Source of the DNA: a virus
Taxonomy: Duplodnaviria > Heunggongvirae > Uroviricota > Caudoviricetes
DNA: 64,000 nt
Reading direction: 5' to 3' (one strand)
Virus record (IMG/VR): IMGVR_UViG_3300029743_000281
Part shown: positions 1-9,110 of the stretch, one piece after another
Layout of the letters: each line of letters opens with the position of its first letter
How positions within the stretch are numbered: position 1 is the stretch's first letter
Translations under genes and position numbers: made by a program
The notes under the pieces: model-generated
Databases searched by the model: none
What the model saw: only the letters and a program-made list of their open reading frames with translations
Told to the model about the DNA's origin: nothing

Positions 1-380
1 TCCTTGTCCACCTTTCCCTCGAAAATGGGAATGGCGCGACACAGGTCGTAATTCACGAGTCTCTGCTGCGGATACTCAACACCCGGCAGCCGGTAGGATC
101 TTGTTCTGTCCCAGCCACAGCTCTGATAGAGCAGCCGCACAAGATTCTTGCTCTTGATCTCATATCGGTCGTCCTGATTTTTCTTTGGAACACGATTGGC
201 CCCCTCTGCATCCATCCCACACGCTTGTATTGCAAACATCTGCTTGGTCGGGTTGTAGAGAAAATGATAGAATTCTGGGCGGCCAATAGATTCAAGGGCG
301 CTCCGGAAGACCGTGATGCGACCGTCTGCATATCGAAATGTAATCCCCAGCATATTCTGCTGCCATGTCTTTGCTGGCAT
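1..380 (-). CDS. Hypothetical protein, 5' part only (continues left of window); carries a module also seen in ORF 440..1177 and in the C-terminus of recombinase 1056..3017
   Basis: ATG at ~380 preceded by GGAAGGAGGAAAAATT. Open to the window edge in a frame absent from the ORF track. Motif 'MFAIQAC...YEI..K.LV' parallels 'FNTAC...' in the neighbours. Confidence 0.45.
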   Translation of the reverse strand, partial: MPAKTWQQNMLGITFRYADGRITVFRSALESIGRPEFYHFLYNPTKQMFAIQACGMDAEGANRVPKKNQDDRYEIKSKNLVRLLYQSCGWDRTRSYRLPGVEYPQQRLVNYDLCRAIPIFEGKVDK

Positions 381-439
381 AATTTTTCCTCCTTCCTGAA
401 AAAGGGTAGACTCCCCCCCTTGGTGCCCAAATTCAATTT

Positions 440-1177
440 TTATAGATTTTGCTGTTGTCCGGGCATACCCGTAAGCATTCCAACCGAGACAAAACCATCC
501 ATTTGCCTCAGCTCAGACTCTTGGCGATGCTGCTCAACAGGCATGCCAAATGTACCCGCGATGTCATCTGGGTAGTAACCCTTCCGAGGATTCACAGGCT
601 GTTCTTCCGTATTCTCTTCGGCCACTGTCGTAGGTTGTTGATCAGCAGACTGCTTCTTTTTACACTCGTGGAACACCTCGGCCGCCACAAGGTCAAACAC
701 ATAGAGAGCTTCGCCCTCGAACTCGATGCGGTATCCGAGGATCTTATACCGGCAGTCACCGGACCAATCCATTTCCTTATAAAGCAATTCTGAAAATAAC
801 CTGCAGGACATTTTCCGACTCTTACGCTTGTCCGGTTTTGCGATACACCAGCGCAGAGCATCCCTGTCATTTTCATTACAGCCTTTAACTACAAGCCGCT
901 TTAAGTCGCTGTTAAACATGATGTTGACGTACACCACATCCTCCAAACCTGCAATGCAGGCCGTGTTGAATGTGATGCTGTCTTTCCTTATTATAATGGC
1001 GGGATCTCGAAGATGTGCAAAAAGTTCCCTCCGGGCGACCTGATAGCCATCATAATCAAAGGTCTGCTCGATCTCCGTTCTCCTCTGTTCCCGCTCCGAC
1101 ATCTGCTCCGCACTCAGTTCCAACACCTGCGGATTCTCCATCTCCATTGTCTGCTGATTCGCCAGCTCCATGTTCAT
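440..1177 (-). CDS. Hypothetical protein with a recombinase-C-terminal-like module (FNTAC..VEYV..MDW..KY)
   Basis: 245-aa ORF whose start overlaps the 3' end of the upstream recombinase by ~120 bp. Its central segment aligns by eye with residues ~410-500 of the 653-aa recombinase. Confidence 0.5.
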   Translation of the reverse strand: MNMELANQQTMEMENPQVLELSAEQMSEREQRRTEIEQTFDYDGYQVARRELFAHLRDPAIIIRKDSITFNTACIAGLEDVVYVNIMFNSDLKRLVVKGCNENDRDALRWCIAKPDKRKSRKMSCRLFSELLYKEMDWSGDCRYKILGYRIEFEGEALYVFDLVAAEVFHECKKKQSADQQPTTVAEENTEEQPVNPRKGYYPDDIAGTFGMPVEQHRQESELRQMDGFVSVGMLTGMPGQQQNL

Positions 1178-3017
1178 CTGGTATAGGCCACCCTTCTATT
1201 ATTTTCTCTGCTTCATGTAAAAGTTCTTCAAGGTCTTCTGAGGTCAATGTACTGTATTCGGCCAGTTCCTTTGCCGGCCGCAAAACATCCCATTCAGCCG
1301 CATAGTGCCTCTGCTCCAGTAGATTAATCTCTCCGATGCTGGTAATCGGTCTTCCAAATGTGTCCTCCCATTCCGGAGGCAAAATGTTAATAATCTGCTT
1401 AACTGTCCTCCCTGCGATTTCAGCTCGGTCATCTGTTTCAGCTTCTTTGGGCGGAAGAACGATGTTCTCCGTCTTTACCATTTCAGGTTCGTCCAGTTGA
1501 AACAGCATAACCTTTTGGTCATCATTCTCGATAAAGTCACCACGGAAACGGTATTTCAGGTCCTGATCCCAATCCATAATGTCAAACAGCGTTTTCGCCA
1601 GTCCACGGCACGACTTGGACAGCGCACACCACCGCCCTTCGCGCAGCTTTCCCCAGTGAATTGCATTTGGATTGTTCCCATCACACGGTCGAACAGCAAT
1701 ACACCTGTTCACTGAATTCAACAGCAGCTCTACATACTCCACATTCTCAAATTTTTTGAGGCAGGCCGTATTAAAGCACAGTTTTCCATCTGCTATTGTC
1801 ATCGCAGGGTTTTGCGTAGTAGAGAAATACTGAGACCGAACCACCTCATAGCCACGCATGTCTAATCCTGCTTTATATTCAATCTGTCGCGTGTCCTCCA
1901 ACTCGCTCATAACACTTTCAGATGCCTTTTGATATTCATCCGTTGAGAATCCGGTCCAGTCTTTATCCAGTGGTACATATCCTCGAAGGATTCCATTGTC
2001 AACAACGCTTAGTACAGGCAAGGGCCTAGCTTTCTTCGCATAGGCACGTGATGCCCGAAGAAAATTTGCTGCTTCATATACAGTTCGAGAAACTATGGCT
2101 TCATGATGATTTTTTCTTCTAAACTGCGTTCTTTCACCATTGTTCTTTTTGGCTTTGTGTGTCAAAAAATTAGGGGTAAATGTCTTCCACGCCCTAATGT
2201 CACCACAATGACGTTCATTTGCAACAATCTCGGCCAGTGTGCTTGCGCTCCACTCATAACTTCCCTGCTTTGTCTTGCGTTTATAGGCTTTAAGCAATTC
2301 TGCAATATCAGAAAATGAAACACCATTCAAGTAAAGATAGTAGATTGCTTTTACAGTTTCAGCTTCGTCCTCATTGACGATAAGGTCACCATCTTCGTCC
2401 CGGTCATAGCCAAGCAGCTCTGGTGTTAAAAACAGTCCCTTCCTAAACCGGCGTTCAATCGACCAGTTCATAATGACCGATTTTGAATGGGATTCTTCTT
2501 CAGCAACCGAGGCCAAAATCGTCAAGATCATTCGTCCATTATTGTCAAGCGTATAAATGTTGTCTGCTTCAAACTGAACACCTACAGGCGGTTCAAGGTT
2601 TTTCAGAAGGTCAATAACAGAAAGGCAATCAACGATGTTTCTTGCAAATCGAGCAATCGACTTGGTCATGATCAAATCTATTTTCCCGGCTTTGCAATCC
2701 TCAATCATCTGGAGCATGCCTTTTCGGTGTGCAATAGATGTTCCGCTTATACCTTCATCTGCATAGATTCCAACAAGTTCCCATCCAGGATGTCCTGTAA
2801 TGTACTCAGTATAATAATTCTTTTGAAGTTCATAAGAAGATGTCTGTTCGTCATTATCCGTTGAGACCCGAACATAGGCCGCCACACGGCGAATTCCACC
2901 GCTCTCCATAAAATCCGCAGTAGGCTTTGCAGGGATTATTTCGATTTCAGACGCATCCGTGCCTTTATATTTATCACGGATTTTCTGCTTACGGTCTTGT
3001 CCACTGTTTTCTTTCAC
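1056..3017 (-). CDS. Large serine recombinase (resolvase/invertase N-domain plus recombinase domain plus C-terminal extension)
   Basis: N-terminal 'RVAAYVRVSTDNDEQ...SIARFARN' serine-recombinase catalytic region; 653 aa. Confidence 0.9.
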   Translation of the reverse strand: MKENSGQDRKQKIRDKYKGTDASEIEIIPAKPTADFMESGGIRRVAAYVRVSTDNDEQTSSYELQKNYYTEYITGHPGWELVGIYADEGISGTSIAHRKGMLQMIEDCKAGKIDLIMTKSIARFARNIVDCLSVIDLLKNLEPPVGVQFEADNIYTLDNNGRMILTILASVAEEESHSKSVIMNWSIERRFRKGLFLTPELLGYDRDEDGDLIVNEDEAETVKAIYYLYLNGVSFSDIAELLKAYKRKTKQGSYEWSASTLAEIVANERHCGDIRAWKTFTPNFLTHKAKKNNGERTQFRRKNHHEAIVSRTVYEAANFLRASRAYAKKARPLPVLSVVDNGILRGYVPLDKDWTGFSTDEYQKASESVMSELEDTRQIEYKAGLDMRGYEVVRSQYFSTTQNPAMTIADGKLCFNTACLKKFENVEYVELLLNSVNRCIAVRPCDGNNPNAIHWGKLREGRWCALSKSCRGLAKTLFDIMDWDQDLKYRFRGDFIENDDQKVMLFQLDEPEMVKTENIVLPPKEAETDDRAEIAGRTVKQIINILPPEWEDTFGRPITSIGEINLLEQRHYAAEWDVLRPAKELAEYSTLTSEDLEELLHEAEKIIEGWPIPDEHGAGESADNGDGESAGVGTECGADVGAGTEENGDRADL

Positions 3018-3026
3018 GGTTTCACC

Positions 3027-3998
3027 TTATTCCCTGAGCGTCCAGTACCACTGGCGCATTTTTCTATAGCTCTGTATTCCTAGCACGCGCTTCGTCTCAG
3101 CTATGGTTCTGCGACTTATTCCAGCTTCTCCAAGCCTTTCATAGATTTCTTTTGATGCCATATCACCTTTTACAAGATACTGCTTCAAAAGAGCGCAAGC
3201 CATTTCCGTTTTTGTCTTATACTCCAAAGTCTGCACTTCTTGTTTTTCATCGCAGCTTTCAGATATGGAATCCAGCCATTGGAACCCGTAATCCTCTGTT
3301 ATCGAGAAACTGATTTTAGACCCATCTGGTCCTAAGCTGTTTTTTATCTGGTGAACGACACGGATATCCATGTTTTCTGCATCGCGCTCAATCTGCAACA
3401 CACTTCTTGCAGCCGCCACCACGTCAATGCTTCCAAGACTTCTATACAAGCCTTTTATGCCTTCCTTTTTGTTCAAGTGCCCTATCAGCACAATGGCGCA
3501 ATCATAGGTAGCCGCCCACATTCCAAGGTGCTGCATCAGCCGCCTTGCTTTTCCAGCAATCTGCAAATCGGAGTCACTGGAGAGGTATGCTTGAATTGGG
3601 TCAATCACAACAAGCCTCGGTCGAAACGCAACGATTGCATCCCTAATGCGTTCATCATCGAGTGTCAGCCCACTGTTGACTTCTTCATTGATAAATGCCA
3701 CTTTGCTGCAGTCTGCGCCCTGTTCTTCCAGACGGGGTTTTATCGTATCCGCAACCCCGTCTTCTGAGCATTGGTAGATAACCCTCTGTGGTTGCTCCAA
3801 TGGTTTTCCGTCAGGAAAGGCACCTCCTGTGGTTATTTCAGCAATCAGATTCATCATCATTGTAGACTTGCCATCACCGGGGTCTCCCTGTAGCAAGGTT
3901 ATTTTTCCAATTGCAATATATGGATACCAGAGCCAGCGGACTGGCGATGATTCGACCTCACTATACAGCGTCAAAAGTCCTTCTTGCACTCGTCCCAA
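3027..3998 (-). CDS. RecA-like AAA ATPase (AAA_25-like), partner of the recombinase module
   Basis: Walker A 'GDPGDGKST', RecA-like core, 323 aa. Confidence 0.75.
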   Translation of the reverse strand: MGRVQEGLLTLYSEVESSPVRWLWYPYIAIGKITLLQGDPGDGKSTMMMNLIAEITTGGAFPDGKPLEQPQRVIYQCSEDGVADTIKPRLEEQGADCSKVAFINEEVNSGLTLDDERIRDAIVAFRPRLVVIDPIQAYLSSDSDLQIAGKARRLMQHLGMWAATYDCAIVLIGHLNKKEGIKGLYRSLGSIDVVAAARSVLQIERDAENMDIRVVHQIKNSLGPDGSKISFSITEDYGFQWLDSISESCDEKQEVQTLEYKTKTEMACALLKQYLVKGDMASKEIYERLGEAGISRRTIAETKRVLGIQSYRKMRQWYWTLRE

Positions 3999-4256
3999 TC
4001 CCCCGTTCCCGCATTGTATAACCCTTAGAGTTCTTCAGTTTTATTATACATCTGCACTGGCGAGTTGACTGTCAAGCAGTAGACGACACGTTTTTCTAAA
4101 TGTCAACTACTGCTTGACATTTGATAGAAAATATTCTCTAAGGATGCAACACCGTAAGGGGAGGAAGGTTGCATCCTTACCGCATTAATTTGCTATGTGT
4201 TTTGTTCGGCGCAATAATTGTCTTGTTCTTATGCGGGCCCGTTTGGAGGTAAAGCC
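3999..4256. promoter_or_regulatory. Divergent control region with paired operator-like inverted repeats and a structured leader upstream of the XRE gene
   Basis: Perfect 13-bp inverted repeat TGTCAAGCAGTAG ... CTACTGCTTGACA ~25 bp apart, each overlapping a TTGAC(A/T) -35-like box. A 9-bp-stem hairpin GGATGCAAC-N17-GTTGCATCC lies in the leader. RBS GGAGGTAAAGCC before ATG 4257. Confidence 0.5.
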
Positions 4257-4598
4257 ATGCCTATAGACTACCCTGCGCTCGGAAAACGTATAGCGTTTTT
4301 TCGGAACCAGTCTCACCTCACGCAAGAATACTTTGCATACGAGGTTCATCTTTCCCGTCAATACATCAGTCAGCTCGAAACCGCTGCCTGCCGACCAAGT
4401 CTTGAAACAATCGTAGAGATTGCAAACACTCTCGGCGTTTCTACAGATGACCTGCTTGTCGATAGTCTGACCCACTCCGTTTCCACATCAGACACCGAAG
4501 TTCATCGGCTTCTGATTGACTGCAACGAACTCGAAGCTGAAATTCTCACTCGTACCTTGAAAGAATTACGCGCCATCCTTTACAGCCTCGGCGTATAA
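4257..4598 (+). CDS. XRE-family HTH transcriptional regulator (candidate prophage repressor)
   Basis: 'LGKRIAFFRNQSHLTQEYFAYEVHLSRQYISQLE' helix-turn-helix. Plus strand, opposite to the lytic genes. Confidence 0.75.
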   Translation: MPIDYPALGKRIAFFRNQSHLTQEYFAYEVHLSRQYISQLETAACRPSLETIVEIANTLGVSTDDLLVDSLTHSVSTSDTEVHRLLIDCNELEAEILTRTLKELRAILYSLGV

Positions 4599-4599
4599 A

Positions 4600-4684
4600 C
4601 AAAAATCGCCCGCATAAGCCACCGCTGCACCTTCTTTGCCAGAGGGTGCTTCTGTGGTCTATGCGGGCTACATGTAACCAAGGT
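4600..4684. terminator. Long imperfect hairpin between the convergent genes 4257..4598 and 4685..5053 (candidate bidirectional terminator)
   Basis: GCCCGCATAAGCCAC ... GTGGTCTATGCGGGC arms. Confidence 0.35.
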
Positions 4685-5053
4685 CTACATTTTAGTTGAA
4701 GTCCAACAATCGTACAGGAAATCTAACAGCCCAGTTCCTATTGTTTGAACTGCGATTGATCCGCTCATTGACTTAAGCCGAGTCTCCATTGTCTGCCGTA
4801 ATTCTGGCGCAAGTTCAGTTCTCTGGCCCATTGCTTCCAGAGAGTATTCTACCGAATTGTTCACTAAGCCAGACAGGGTTCTCCCATCGACCGACACTGC
4901 GTCTCTCTCCAAACTTATCACTGCGTTCATTTTCTTTTTCGCGTCAGACTGCGACAAGTTCATCAAGTACGCTTTGATTGCTGCGGCAACTACCATCTCC
5001 GACCCAGTCAATCCATAGGATTCAATATGTACCTGTTCAAGTTCATGCTTCAT
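4685..5053 (-). CDS. Hypothetical protein
   Basis: GGAGGAAATCGT then ATG (MKHELEQ...). The longer track ORF upstream of this ATG lacks an RBS. Confidence 0.5.
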   Translation of the reverse strand: MKHELEQVHIESYGLTGSEMVVAAAIKAYLMNLSQSDAKKKMNAVISLERDAVSVDGRTLSGLVNNSVEYSLEAMGQRTELAPELRQTMETRLKSMSGSIAVQTIGTGLLDFLYDCWTSTKM

Positions 5054-5198
5054 ACGATTTCCTCCTGATCGTGTGTCTCTGGCACCCAGCATAAAGCAAA
5101 ACTCTATACATAGCAATCCCGTCCAAATAAAAAAGCCCACCGGGTCACCATCTCCCTTTGCATATTCACAAAGCCAGAAAGTGACCCGGTGGGCTGTA

Positions 5199-6413
5199 TC
5201 AGTTCTTCTCAACTTCAATATGGTCTGGATATACTAGTACCTTCGATACTTCCTTTTCAAACCGGTCCTGATCCATGGTCGGCCACTCCAATTCTTGTAG
5301 GATTGCTTCGATAAGTTCCTTTTCCTTAACAAAGCGGTTGCCGCATCGCTCTTTACCTTTCCCCTTTTGCCGATTCCGGCAGTTCCACGCTTTATAGGTA
5401 CTCTGCGTCTTGGAACCACCAGCAGCTTTCAAAGTCCGGCGCAAAAAAGGGGCACCACATTCTCCACAGAATACTTTACCGTAGAGGAAGTGATGCTCCC
5501 TGTTCGTTTTATGAATACCGACCTGTGCCAGCTCTTTTCGTTTTTCCAGAATTTTTTGTGCCTTATCCCAGGTCTCCCGATCTATGATTGCTTCATGGTC
5601 ATCCCACAGATAATTAGATTCCACCTTCTGATTCGGATCGGGCTTCTTGGTCAGGTAGTCCAACGGAGCTTTCTTCTGTAACCGCTTGTCACCCACATAG
5701 GTTTCATTTGAAACCATGTACCGGAGAGTTTCTACTCCAAACCCCTTTTTACTGTGCAACGATTGAGCCCCCAGCTCTCCCAGCTCTTTAGCGATTTGTC
5801 TATAGCTCTCGCCTTCGATGAATCTGCGGAATACTTCCTTTACAATCCAAGCGTCCTTGTTGGGAACCAGTTCGCCATCCACACAGTCGTAGCCGAGAAT
5901 ACGATTATTGCCGAGATTGTACTCACCTCGTGCAAATCGGCTTGCATAAGCAGCCTTTTCATTTTCACTGATAGAATGACTTTCATCCTGTGCCACTGCT
6001 GCCAAGATGGATAGAACGAAATCACAGGTTGGATCATCTGTGCGGATATTTTGTTCCTCAAAAATGATTGTAACCCCCAGCGTTCTAAACCATTTGGCAT
6101 ACTGCTGGCAATCCACCATGTTCCGAGAAAACCGGGAAATACTCTTGCAAATGATAATATCCATCTTCTTGGCTTCGGCGGCCGCCACCATTTCCTGAAA
6201 ACCCGGTCGATTTTTCACTCGTGTAGCAGAATGCCGGTCAGCATATACCTTAACCAGTTCCCAGTCGGGATGACTTTGGATCAGCTCCTCGTAATACTTC
6301 TGCTGAGTTTCAAAGCTTTCATCCTGCTCGTTGCGAAAAGTGCTGACACGGCAATACGCGGCCACACGTTTCTTTGCCACTGGGATTTTTGGCATTACCT
6401 TTTTAATAATCAT
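5199..6413 (-). CDS. Large serine recombinase 2
   Basis: 'VAAYCRVSTFRNEQ...SISRFSRN' plus a C-terminal Cys-rich zinc ribbon. Confidence 0.9.
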   Translation of the reverse strand: MIIKKVMPKIPVAKKRVAAYCRVSTFRNEQDESFETQQKYYEELIQSHPDWELVKVYADRHSATRVKNRPGFQEMVAAAEAKKMDIIICKSISRFSRNMVDCQQYAKWFRTLGVTIIFEEQNIRTDDPTCDFVLSILAAVAQDESHSISENEKAAYASRFARGEYNLGNNRILGYDCVDGELVPNKDAWIVKEVFRRFIEGESYRQIAKELGELGAQSLHSKKGFGVETLRYMVSNETYVGDKRLQKKAPLDYLTKKPDPNQKVESNYLWDDHEAIIDRETWDKAQKILEKRKELAQVGIHKTNREHHFLYGKVFCGECGAPFLRRTLKAAGGSKTQSTYKAWNCRNRQKGKGKERCGNRFVKEKELIEAILQELEWPTMDQDRFEKEVSKVLVYPDHIEVEKN

Positions 6414-7914
6414 TTGCTGCTACTCCATTCTCCTTGGCACGGAGGTTCTTTGCCGTCTGCATGGCAGCATTACGCTGTGCCTCCCGCGTATTCACTGACT
6501 TCTTATCAGCCCGCACCACGCTCACTGGCTTGTTCTCGCTCCGCTGCGCACGGTCCAGCGAGTTCCGATAAAGCTCTGCCACATGGGTCGGTTCCTCAAC
6601 CTTGGATGCATTCAAAGCAACCTCGCTCTCCAGACCACATTTCCAGAACACCCGCATGGTGTCCTGTTTAAATTCAATGTGCCCCACCAAGTCATCCAGC
6701 CAGTAATACTGGACGGTGTCCAGTTTCGGGCTCTCTGCCTTGATTTCCAGCATCCTCTGCATAGCTACCGTCCGCTTCTTTTCCTTGATTTCAAGGGTGT
6801 TGTAGGCTTCCAGCAGGGCAGCATCCACAAGATACCCTTTGACCGCATACCCACGGCAGCCGTCCACATCAAAGCAGCCAAGGATGCGCTTGTGGCTGTT
6901 CACTTTCATGACCCTCGGAATCATCTTCTTCCCACACAGCGGGCAGACAATGTTTGTATCGTAGTAGGGATACCGGCTGTACTCCCCATGCGGAGATTTC
7001 AGTTTCATAATGCGCTGTACCTGCTGGTAGGTATGGCGGTCGATAATAGGAACATGGTGGTTCCTGACGTTGTAGACCGGAATCACAGTCGAGTCGTTCC
7101 GGACACTCCTATGGGAAATATGGTCAACACTGACCCATTTCTGAAGCCGCATATCACCAATGTACTTCTCGTTCTCAAGGAGATACTTAAGGGCGGTCTT
7201 GTTCCACGTCTGCTTACCCCTTGCGGAAGGAGCCTGTATAAAGGTCAGCTCATCCAGAATGTCCGTCATGGGGATGCCGTACTGGTACATTTTGAAAATC
7301 ATCCGCACAATGGCAGCTTCGTCCGGTTCAATGACAATTTCACCGTCCTTGGTCTTCCGATAGCCATAGGTCTTGGTCCAGCGCGACTCACCACTTTCAA
7401 ACCGCTTGCGAATGCCCCATTTCAGGTTTTCGGAGATGGAACGGCTTTCCTCCTGTGCAAAAGCCGCCATGACCGTCAGAATCAGTTCGGACACCGACGT
7501 TGCCGTATCCAGTCCTTCCTTTTCAAAGTAAAGCTGGACACCGATGCTCTGAAGATGGCGCACATAGGACAGACATTCGACCGTGTTGCGGGCAAATCGA
7601 GAGATACTTTTTGCCATGATATAATCGACCTTGCCTGCCTCGCAATCCTCCATCATCCGCAAGAACTCTTTACGCTTTTTCACGCTGGTTCCGCTGATGC
7701 CCTCATCGGCGTAGACATCCACCAACATCCAGCCAGGGTGCTGGGCAATCTTAGCGCGGAAGGCTTTCATCTGCTCCTCCAAGCTGTGGAGCTGAATCTC
7801 CTGGTCCGTGCTGACACGGGCATAGACTGCAACGCGGACTGTTTTCAAGGTTCTAAGTGCCTGAAAGCCAAGCTTCTGTACCCCAGTGTCTACCTTTTCT
7901 ACTGTAATTTCCAT
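6403..7914 (-). CDS. Large serine recombinase 3
   Basis: 'VAVYARVSTDQE...SISRFARN'; 503 aa. Confidence 0.9.
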   Translation of the reverse strand: MEITVEKVDTGVQKLGFQALRTLKTVRVAVYARVSTDQEIQLHSLEEQMKAFRAKIAQHPGWMLVDVYADEGISGTSVKKRKEFLRMMEDCEAGKVDYIMAKSISRFARNTVECLSYVRHLQSIGVQLYFEKEGLDTATSVSELILTVMAAFAQEESRSISENLKWGIRKRFESGESRWTKTYGYRKTKDGEIVIEPDEAAIVRMIFKMYQYGIPMTDILDELTFIQAPSARGKQTWNKTALKYLLENEKYIGDMRLQKWVSVDHISHRSVRNDSTVIPVYNVRNHHVPIIDRHTYQQVQRIMKLKSPHGEYSRYPYYDTNIVCPLCGKKMIPRVMKVNSHKRILGCFDVDGCRGYAVKGYLVDAALLEAYNTLEIKEKKRTVAMQRMLEIKAESPKLDTVQYYWLDDLVGHIEFKQDTMRVFWKCGLESEVALNASKVEEPTHVAELYRNSLDRAQRSENKPVSVVRADKKSVNTREAQRNAAMQTAKNLRAKENGVAANDY

Positions 7915-7926
7915 GTACTTTTCTCC

Positions 7927-8868
7927 TTATTGCCATTTGGGGTCGTTCAGGACCTTCTGCTGTTCATCATTGTATTTTTTTCGTCCGGAGTGGAGCAAGC
8001 CCATCTGAATCATGGTCTGCACATGCTCGAACTGTTCTCTGCTGACAATGCCTTCATGATGGTCCTCCAGATGAACTTGGGCGCGTTCTCCCCTGTTCCG
8101 CTTGCTGTATCGGTGGCCGTTCTTGCCGTAGGCCGTGTAGTAGCAATCCGTCCAGTAATCCCCCATGTATGCGACATTTTTCAGCATATTGGGTAGCCGA
8201 TTTCGATTCTGAGACCATGACACACCGGTATTTTCCTCATCCTCCATCTTATCCAAGCAAGCTCGGATATCTGCGTAGCAGACTCCTTTTGCCGCTTGGT
8301 CAAAGGCATAGCGGACACGGCGGGCCTCGGATTCTTCAATTCTCCATTCACCCTGCTTGTTGACCCTGCGAAAGCCGTAGGTCACACGGCCGGTCGGAAT
8401 GCCCTGGTCATGGAGATAGGCGATGCCTGCTCGAACATTCTCACCGATGCTCTTGGACTCCTCCTCGGCAATGATGGCAAGGATGTGGAAGAACAGCTCG
8501 CTCTGACCATCCATCGTGTTAATGCCCTCTTTTTCAAAAATGACCGGGATGCCCAGCTCTTTCAGCTGACGCACCACGGTCACACAGTCAAGCATATTTC
8601 GGGAGAAACGGGAGATGGACTTGGTGTAGATGACATCGATCTTGCCATCCACACAGTCCTGAATCATCTGTCGGAATTCCGGCCGACGCTGCGTACTGCG
8701 TCCGCTGCCCTCATCCGCATAAACCTTTACGAGTTCTTCATCGGGGTTATTGGAGAGCAGCTCCGTGAAGTAGCTTTTCTGAATCTCATAGGAGCCTTCC
8801 TGACACTCCATACCGGTGCTGACTCGGCAATAAGCCGCCGCCCTTTTGCGTTTCACTACGATTTCCAT
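7927..8868 (-). CDS. Large serine recombinase 4 (start trimmed to MEIVVKRKRAAAYCRVST)
   Basis: 'AAYCRVSTGMECQE...SISRFSRN'. RBS GGAGGATGACGCA before the internal ATG. Upstream TTGCTA-17-CATTAT promoter-like at ~8905-8935. Confidence 0.8.
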   Translation of the reverse strand: MEIVVKRKRAAAYCRVSTGMECQEGSYEIQKSYFTELLSNNPDEELVKVYADEGSGRSTQRRPEFRQMIQDCVDGKIDVIYTKSISRFSRNMLDCVTVVRQLKELGIPVIFEKEGINTMDGQSELFFHILAIIAEEESKSIGENVRAGIAYLHDQGIPTGRVTYGFRRVNKQGEWRIEESEARRVRYAFDQAAKGVCYADIRACLDKMEDEENTGVSWSQNRNRLPNMLKNVAYMGDYWTDCYYTAYGKNGHRYSKRNRGERAQVHLEDHHEGIVSREQFEHVQTMIQMGLLHSGRKKYNDEQQKVLNDPKWQ

Positions 8869-8984
8869 TGCGTCATCCTCCTTTGGGGTAGTCGTATAAT
8901 GCCGCATGTACGGCTGAATAGCAAGTTCTGTCGCCCAGATAAATCGGCATATTACCGACAAACTATCTGCCTGACAGAACGGCT

Positions 8985-9025
8985 GAAATGCAGCAGATGC
9001 GACAAATGTAAAGGGCTTCCCGGTC
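8985..9025 (-). terminator. Intrinsic terminator after the lysis operon
   Basis: Perfect 9-bp stem GGGCTTCCC-N9-GGGAAGCCC followed by TTTACATTTGT on the minus strand. Confidence 0.5.
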
Positions 9026-9110
9026 AAATTGGGAAGCCCAGAGTGCGACGTTTGAATCAGCCCGGTCTATGTGCCAGAGAGTGCTTTTGTGTCATCGCAA
9101 CGAGGTGATA

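Noticed and set aside
53-436. Track ORF 53..436 (-) 127 aa
   Set aside because: Composition is Arg/Cys-rich and it has no RBS. A different minus-strand frame (ATG ~380 with GGAAGGAGG RBS, open to the window edge) gives a plausible protein with a domain shared with neighbours.
4185-4475. ORF 4185..4475 (-) 96 aa
   Set aside because: Antisense to the XRE regulator gene, which has a clear HTH and RBS; no RBS of its own.
6583-8196. Long plus-strand ORFs antisense to coding regions (e.g. 6583..8196 537 aa, 14089..15795 568 aa, 24006..25391 461 aa, 25398..26444, 26463..27593, 28176..29075, 34489..35736 415 aa, 46384..47910 508 aa, 51600..53048 482 aa, 54396..56228 610 aa, 56765..58330 521 aa, 59964..61163)
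   Set aside because: They lie entirely within well-supported minus-strand genes (recombinases, fibres, TMP, capsid, MTases, MetK, primase). They lack RBSs and have Arg/Leu/Pro-rich shadow-frame composition typical of antisense frames in high-GC DNA.
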